A model generated the notes under the pieces. The model was not told where the DNA came from, made no database searches, and saw nothing but the letters and a program-made list of their open reading frames with translations. DNA of 64,000 nucleotides from NCBI GenBank assembly GCA_963708185.1, contig OY970195.1:160001-224000 (forward strand), given 5' to 3'. This stretch comes from Candidatus Peregrinibacteria bacterium. GTDB taxonomy: Bacteria; Patescibacteriota; Gracilibacteria; UBA1369. A program made the position numbers and the translations under genes. Below, piece after piece: positions 59,019-64,000 of the stretch (the first letter of the stretch is position 1; each line of letters starts with the position of its first letter).

Positions 59019-59813
59019 CTATCGAGGGGTTTGTTCATTATTGGTCTGCATATCCGTGCATTCCGGAACCAGCATTTCCACGGTTGAAAGGTATTTTCTC
59101 CTTCTTGAGGGCTGGTAGAGGACAATTGCTGCGCCACGTGATAGGGGATTTTTTTTGTCTGAACATTGATAAAGGTGATAGCTGATCGTGGGATCGGTAT
59201 CATCCGTCACACTTGTGAGAGGCTGCATCCCGATGTACCCCATGAGTTTATCGTAGGAAGTGTTTTCGAGCTTGGTGGCAATGAGGAAAAGTTGATCAGG
59301 TATTTCATGTTCCACTTGTTGCCAGCTGTAAGGAGCGTCCGCTTTCCTGCTGCCGTCGGTATTTTTTTGTTCCACCAGCATTATGCTTTTGAGATATTTT
59401 GATTTGGAATCGGCAAAAGTTTCAGCGGTGGCCTTGATCCCGTATTTTTTTAGCTGATCCCGAAGTTCTTCAGGCGTTTTCGGTATCCTGGTTTCCGAAG
59501 TTGGTGGCTGTTCTTCGGTTTTTCTCGAAGTGTCCGGAGCCGTCAAAGTATTCGTGGTGGTTTCCGGCTCCTGATGGTGAATTGAATAATATTCAAGACC
59601 GCCTGCTCCAAGGGCGACCCCAAAGCCGAGTGTTGCCAGGAATTTCATAACCTTTCCCCTGGTTTGTTGTTGTTGAACCGGTACGATATTTGGATTGGAG
59701 GGGTTGTTTATTGTCACCGGATTCTGCGTGCGTTGTGCCTTTTCGAGTTTATCGGAATCGATCTGGTCAGCGGAGATCGTTGCCGCGTTTTGATTAAATT
59801 TTGGCCTGTTCAT
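59019..59813 (-). CDS. single-pass membrane hypothetical protein, paralog A
   Basis: Same architecture and motifs as 58223-58987 (PKTP.EL, LIATK, YHL..CS, RGAAI). Confidence 0.78.
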   Translation of the reverse strand: MNRPKFNQNAATISADQIDSDKLEKAQRTQNPVTINNPSNPNIVPVQQQQTRGKVMKFLATLGFGVALGAGGLEYYSIHHQEPETTTNTLTAPDTSRKTEEQPPTSETRIPKTPEELRDQLKKYGIKATAETFADSKSKYLKSIMLVEQKNTDGSRKADAPYSWQQVEHEIPDQLFLIATKLENTSYDKLMGYIGMQPLTSVTDDTDPTISYHLYQCSDKKNPLSRGAAIVLYQPSRRRKYLSTVEMLVPECTDMQTNNEQTPR

Positions 59814-59872
59814 ACATCAAAAAATAATATTGTTCAGATATATATAACGTTTTTCCCGTCTGAAAATTACAG

Positions 59873-60562
59873 TCAGTCGTTGAGGAGTTCATGGACTTCC
59901 TGTTGGCTGAGATGCCGCCATTTTCCTCTGGAAAGCCCTTCAAGCGTGATGTTTTTGATGCGGACCCTTTTGAGGATTTTTACATTGTACCCCACGGCTT
60001 CGCACATTCTGCGGATCTGGCGGTTCATGCCCTGGACAATGGTGATGCTGAACTGGTTCGGACTGATTTTTTCAACCTTTGCGGGAAGGGTTTTGCGTCC
60101 AAGGATGATGATGCCTTCACTCATTTTTTTGAGGATCTGAGGGGTGACGGCTTTGTCCACGGTGACAAGGTACTCTTTTTCGAAGCGGTTCTGGGCTTTG
60201 GATATTCTGTTGACGGTATCCCCGTCATTGGTCAGCAAAATAAGCCCGGATGATTCGACGTCCAGCCTGCCGATCGGAACAATTCTTGACGGAAATTTTA
60301 TGTAATCGATGATGTTGTTGGTGGCGTTCGGATCGGTCGTGCAGATGACTCCGTAGGGTTTGTGGAAAGCAATGTAAATTTTCGTTTTTTCCAGCGTCAC
60401 AGCTTTTCCGTTTACCGCGACTTTTTCCGAACCTTCAATCTTATCGCCGAGTTTCGCGCGTCTTCCGTTGATGGTGACTTTCCCTTTTTTAATCAGTTCG
60501 TCGGCCTGGCGTCTTGAACAGACGCCGCTGGATGCAAGATATTTGTTGATGCGAGTGCTCAT
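59873..60562 (-). CDS. rRNA pseudouridine synthase (RsuA/RluB/RluF family)
   Basis: S4 domain RINKYLA..GVCSRR.AD, GRLD, GLILLTNDG, QGMNRQIRRM. Confidence 0.93.
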   Translation of the reverse strand: MSTRINKYLASSGVCSRRQADELIKKGKVTINGRRAKLGDKIEGSEKVAVNGKAVTLEKTKIYIAFHKPYGVICTTDPNATNNIIDYIKFPSRIVPIGRLDVESSGLILLTNDGDTVNRISKAQNRFEKEYLVTVDKAVTPQILKKMSEGIIILGRKTLPAKVEKISPNQFSITIVQGMNRQIRRMCEAVGYNVKILKRVRIKNITLEGLSRGKWRHLSQQEVHELLND

Positions 60563-60563
60563 T

Positions 60564-61784
60564 TCAATGGATGTGAGGAGAGAAGGATTTTTTCATCAGA
60601 AGGTCGTGGTGTTTCTTAAAGTATTTGGGTATGTAAATCGCGGCGATGAGGGTCGAAATGGGCACGGCCAGAATCAGTCCGAGCGAGCCTGTCAGGGTGC
60701 GGACGATTTCGGTGGCGATGACTTCGATGTTGATGATGGTGGAGAAATCGTATTTGGTCAGCTGGTCGGCCGAAAAGATGACGAGCAGGGGAAGAGCCGC
60801 ACCGACGTACGCCAGGAACAGCGTGTTGACGATGGCGGAAATGTGATCGATGCCGACTTTGAGGCCTCGTTGGAAGAGCTGCCGCCAGTGCAGACTCTGG
60901 TTGGCGCGGTGGATCTCTTCAATGAGCGAGACCTGGTTGACGACGACGTCGTCAAGTACACCGATGGCACCGATGATGAATGAGGCCAAAAGAAGTCCCT
61001 TCAGGTTGAAGTTCGTTCCCAGGAGCTGCATGATCGTCGTGGCCTGTTCGTCCACATTCCCGGTGAGTTTGGTCCATTCCGTGAAAATGGCGGCGAAGAT
61101 GACCGTGATGATGAGGCTTGTCCCGATACTTATGGCGCCGATGTGCGTGAAGTATTTAAATCCGTAGGTGATGTAGAGCGACAGGACGGTGATAATGATT
61201 GCGCCGATGACGCTGATGATGACGGGATCGGCCCCATGGACGATCTGCGGCAGGATGAACCAGATGATAACCGCGAAGCTTACGGCTAAGGAGATAAGCG
61301 CTTTCACTCCTTTCATTTTTCCCATGATGATGACCAATCCTACGAAAAGGAAGGCCAGGATGTACATGGGGGATTCTCGTACATAGTCCACCACGTAGAA
61401 CTGGTCGAGCCCTTGTTCATCCTTGCTGTGGGAGATGATCAGCACGTCGCCGACCTTGAAAGCGTTGAGTCCGATGGTGTTGAATTCACTGCCGCTCACC
61501 GTGATCTCTTTGTTTTTCCACTCACCGTCCAGACCTTCGAGGCGATAGGTCTGGAGATACTCCGTCATCCCGTCCAGTCCCACCTGCGTGCCTTGGTCGG
61601 AAATGTGGGTGATGCGCGCTTTGAAGAATTCCTGCTGGGGTTCCTGGTAGGTCTGGTCGGCGGCATTCGCGTCCATGACGGCCGGGGATGCGTCTGATTG
61701 CTGTGTTTGGGCAAATGCTCCGCTCACCGGCATAAGCGCAGTTCCGACGACGATGAGCATCAATAATGTAAAAAGTTTTTTCAT
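60564..61784 (-). CDS. YibE/F family membrane protein
   Basis: Signal peptide, OB-like loop, multiple TM helices, IGAIGVLDDV...Q, G.DHI...VNTL.LAYVG..LPL, EIVRTL.GS.GL. Confidence 0.9.
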   Translation of the reverse strand: MKKLFTLLMLIVVGTALMPVSGAFAQTQQSDASPAVMDANAADQTYQEPQQEFFKARITHISDQGTQVGLDGMTEYLQTYRLEGLDGEWKNKEITVSGSEFNTIGLNAFKVGDVLIISHSKDEQGLDQFYVVDYVRESPMYILAFLFVGLVIIMGKMKGVKALISLAVSFAVIIWFILPQIVHGADPVIISVIGAIIITVLSLYITYGFKYFTHIGAISIGTSLIITVIFAAIFTEWTKLTGNVDEQATTIMQLLGTNFNLKGLLLASFIIGAIGVLDDVVVNQVSLIEEIHRANQSLHWRQLFQRGLKVGIDHISAIVNTLFLAYVGAALPLLVIFSADQLTKYDFSTIINIEVIATEIVRTLTGSLGLILAVPISTLIAAIYIPKYFKKHHDLLMKKSFSPHIH

Positions 61785-61787
61785 GAT

Positions 61788-62315
61788 TCAGAGTGTTATT
61801 TCCGTGAGGATTTCGTAGTCCGCTCCCTGCGGTGAGAGATGTGATTCCATCAGAACGAGCGTGTCCACGTTTTCCGCCCAGGATATTTTTTCGTCAAGTT
61901 TTTTGAGCGGGAAGTCGTGAAAGTTTTCGGGACGAAAACGGGCCAGTGTCAGATGGAGTTTGAATTTTCTGTTTTGAGCTTCCCGGCCGATAAGTTCTTC
62001 GAGCAGTTTTTTCAGATCCAGAATTTTTGCCGGGGTTTTTCCTTCCGCCCAGATGAGTCTCGGTTCACGGGGGTCCGCCCCGAGGCTTATCGTGTCGAAA
62101 GATAAGGGAATTGATCCGAATCGGGATTGTACTTTGAGAAGGAGTTTTTTGAGGGTTTCCGTATCTTGAGTATACCAGGGAGGAATGAGCGTGATGTGGA
62201 GATTTTTCCCCTGAAGCCATCTGACCGGAAGGTCTTGAAAACGTTCTTCCCACTCCAGGATTTTTTTTTGAAGGGAAGGAGAGATTTTGAGCGCTATGAA
62301 GACTCTCTGGGACAT
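61788..62315 (-). CDS. thpR: RNA 2',3'-cyclic phosphodiesterase (2H family)
   Basis: RVFIAL, two HxT motifs (HITL, HLTLAR), PRLIW, LMESHL...GADY. Confidence 0.9.
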   Translation of the reverse strand: MSQRVFIALKISPSLQKKILEWEERFQDLPVRWLQGKNLHITLIPPWYTQDTETLKKLLLKVQSRFGSIPLSFDTISLGADPREPRLIWAEGKTPAKILDLKKLLEELIGREAQNRKFKLHLTLARFRPENFHDFPLKKLDEKISWAENVDTLVLMESHLSPQGADYEILTEITL

Positions 62316-62361
62316 GCGTGTCGTATGGTAACACTAAACAAAACATTGAAGAAGGCTTTCA

Positions 62362-62389
62362 TTGACAGACTTCTTTTTTCAAGTATCAT
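62362..62389 (+). promoter_or_regulatory. sigma70-type promoter of the aminotransferase-like gene
   Basis: TTGACA-N16-TATCAT upstream of ATG 62416. Confidence 0.6.
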
Positions 62390-62415
62390 TTTTTCCAAAA
62401 ACTTCGTATTTTTTT

Positions 62416-64000
62416 ATGAGCATATCTTCAGTTATCCAGGATTTTCCCGAGGCAGGAGGTTCTTATGAAGTAGTTCAGCCTTCCGTCCCGGATACGGCTT
62501 TGCAGGCCGTTACTTCGTGCGGATGTCTTGATGCATCGGGGTGTCAACTTCACTGTTTCGTTTGTGAAGAAGAGGTAGCTCCTGAAGGGATTGACCGGTT
62601 GAACGCCAACGGTATACAGCGCAACGGAGAAAAAATCCTTTGTTATCGTGCCAATGCGGGCTTGATTCCTGAACTCAGGGATGCATACCTCTCTGTCAAT
62701 GAGGTGCGAGCCGGCATTCAGGAGCGTGTCAGGCAGGTTACGGAAGATGGTGTTCTTTTTCGAGGCAATGAGCACGGGAGTATCGTTCTTGAAAGGTTTT
62801 CCGATCCTGTGGGGAATTTTCCTCCGGCATTCAATACAGGTTCACAGGTGGTTGTCACCGCCCATGAATACCATGGAGATAAGTACGGTCACTATCCGCA
62901 TGATTACGATCCGTTTTCTCCGCCTGCTTATTTTAAAGTTGCCGTTGCTCCAAAAGTGGTCGTGGCGCGGAAACCGGATGTGAACCTTCTGAAACAGCTC
63001 GACAGCGAACCGCTTCCTTTCAAAAGCGTACCGACGGATGTCCAGACACTCGCGAGTTTTGATCCTGTTTCGAAGCACTGGAAGTCTGTGGTTTTGCCGG
63101 CAGGGGAGCTGGGAACCGATCATTGGGAACGGATGTTCCATTATCCCGACGGATTTATCACGGGCATGGTTTTTTATCGCGGGGAGGATGGCATTTACGG
63201 TTTCAGGATCGACCAGCATATCCGCCGGGCCTGCCGGGACGCCAAACGCCGCGGTTTCGAGGGCGTCAGCGAAACTTTTCTCAAAAAGCTTTTTTCCGAA
63301 CAGCTGTCGGCTGACCGTCGTTGGATACCGTCCATCGGCAACCGGCCGGGAAATCGTTACTACGGTCGTTTTGTGGGATATCCGACAAACGCCGCCCCTC
63401 CGCTCAGAGGGAAGGAAAAGGAGATGCTTTTTCTGGGCACTCCCGTCGGCCCCTACCGCAACGTCCAGATGCTTAAGATCCGCCAGATGGGGCCGCGTCC
63501 CGTGGTCAAAGGTTTCGGTGACGTGAAGCATGTGACCAATTACGCCGGTCCGGTCGAAATGTTCGCACCTTTCCAGGACGAGGGTTACCACGAAGCCATG
63601 TTCATGGAGGAAGAAAGGGAGGGTCAAAAACGCGTTCAGGAAGGCACAAGCGTCAATTATGCTTTCGTGTATCATTTCCTCAATAACAAGCCGACGATCA
63701 AGATCCCTTCACTGCGTCACGGTGACATTTTGCCCGGCATTACCATGCATTCAGTCGCCGAACTGGCGGCTTCTTACGGGTATGACGTTATCTTCGATGA
63801 AGATATCAGCGAGATCGATCTCAAGAACGCCGATGAAATTCTTGTGACGGGCACGGCCATGACCGTCCGCGGAGTCGGCAGAATCGACAGCGTTCAGGGA
63901 GAGCCCCTTTTTGTGACGAAGCTTGGTGAGAACATGGGGCCTGTGGCCAACCGGCTTGCCGTGGATTTCCAGAAGATCCTGAAACGGGAGCACGAAGATC
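62416..64000 (+). CDS. class IV PLP aminotransferase (branched-chain aminotransferase-like) with ~175-aa N-terminal extension; runs off window
   Basis: Manual translation gives 528 open codons. Motifs FHY, FRIDQHIRR, WIP, GPY, GDVKHVTNYA (PLP Lys), QEGTSVN, ILPGIT, EILVTGTA. Absent from the ORF track because no stop falls in the window. Confidence 0.85.
   Translation, partial: MSISSVIQDFPEAGGSYEVVQPSVPDTALQAVTSCGCLDASGCQLHCFVCEEEVAPEGIDRLNANGIQRNGEKILCYRANAGLIPELRDAYLSVNEVRAGIQERVRQVTEDGVLFRGNEHGSIVLERFSDPVGNFPPAFNTGSQVVVTAHEYHGDKYGHYPHDYDPFSPPAYFKVAVAPKVVVARKPDVNLLKQLDSEPLPFKSVPTDVQTLASFDPVSKHWKSVVLPAGELGTDHWERMFHYPDGFITGMVFYRGEDGIYGFRIDQHIRRACRDAKRRGFEGVSETFLKKLFSEQLSADRRWIPSIGNRPGNRYYGRFVGYPTNAAPPLRGKEKEMLFLGTPVGPYRNVQMLKIRQMGPRPVVKGFGDVKHVTNYAGPVEMFAPFQDEGYHEAMFMEEEREGQKRVQEGTSVNYAFVYHFLNNKPTIKIPSLRHGDILPGITMHSVAELAASYGYDVIFDEDISEIDLKNADEILVTGTAMTVRGVGRIDSVQGEPLFVTKLGENMGPVANRLAVDFQKILKREHED

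Noticed and set aside
62842-63675. 277-aa minus-strand ORF and other short ORFs listed in the last 1.6 kb
   Set aside because: They are antisense or out-of-frame shadows of the real + strand aminotransferase-like ORF starting at 62416.
1-64000. Genetic code 25 (TGA=Gly), as in some Gracilibacteria/Absconditabacteria
   Set aside because: Long conserved genes translate fully in code 11, and TGA ends genes at sensible positions, including ATGA overlaps in the pilin operons.

Overview
64-kb chromosomal segment of a Patescibacteria (CPR) bacterium, most consistent with Peregrinibacteria-like Gracilibacteria using standard code 11. This is inferred from the AMP phosphorylase + ribose-1,5-bisphosphate isomerase pair, type IV pilus genes, a tandem array of VirB2/TrbC-like pilins, an SLH protein, CPR-type hypotheticals and the lack of Shine-Dalgarno sites. 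The housekeeping backbone includes rpmH (partial), ackA-pta, gltX, ftsK, galE, secA, rnpB, galU, hsp20, ftsH, tilS, metG, tRNA-Ala(GGC), pilT, ftsQ-like, mscS, typA, dus, a pseudouridine synthase and thpR. Three genes carry single-base frameshifts that are probably sequencing errors. Two real-looking ORFs are absent from the supplied track: a 52-aa basic protein (48889-49047, -) and a >528-aa N-terminally extended class-IV aminotransferase (62416 to the window end, +). The most interesting signal is in the accessory genes. Eight proteins from five unrelated families appear to share a ~16-aa basic amphipathic motif (V-x-G-[VIQ]-R-x-x-[ITV]-[RQK]-x-x-[VMA]-x-K-hydrophobic): three tandem myxobacterial-style lipoproteins, a paralogous membrane pair, a Hom3-like aspartate kinase, the extended aminotransferase and an orphan. 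I propose this as a candidate export tag for host-directed proteins. It comes from by-eye alignment and needs statistical testing. No CRISPR, rRNA, transposase or integrase was seen.
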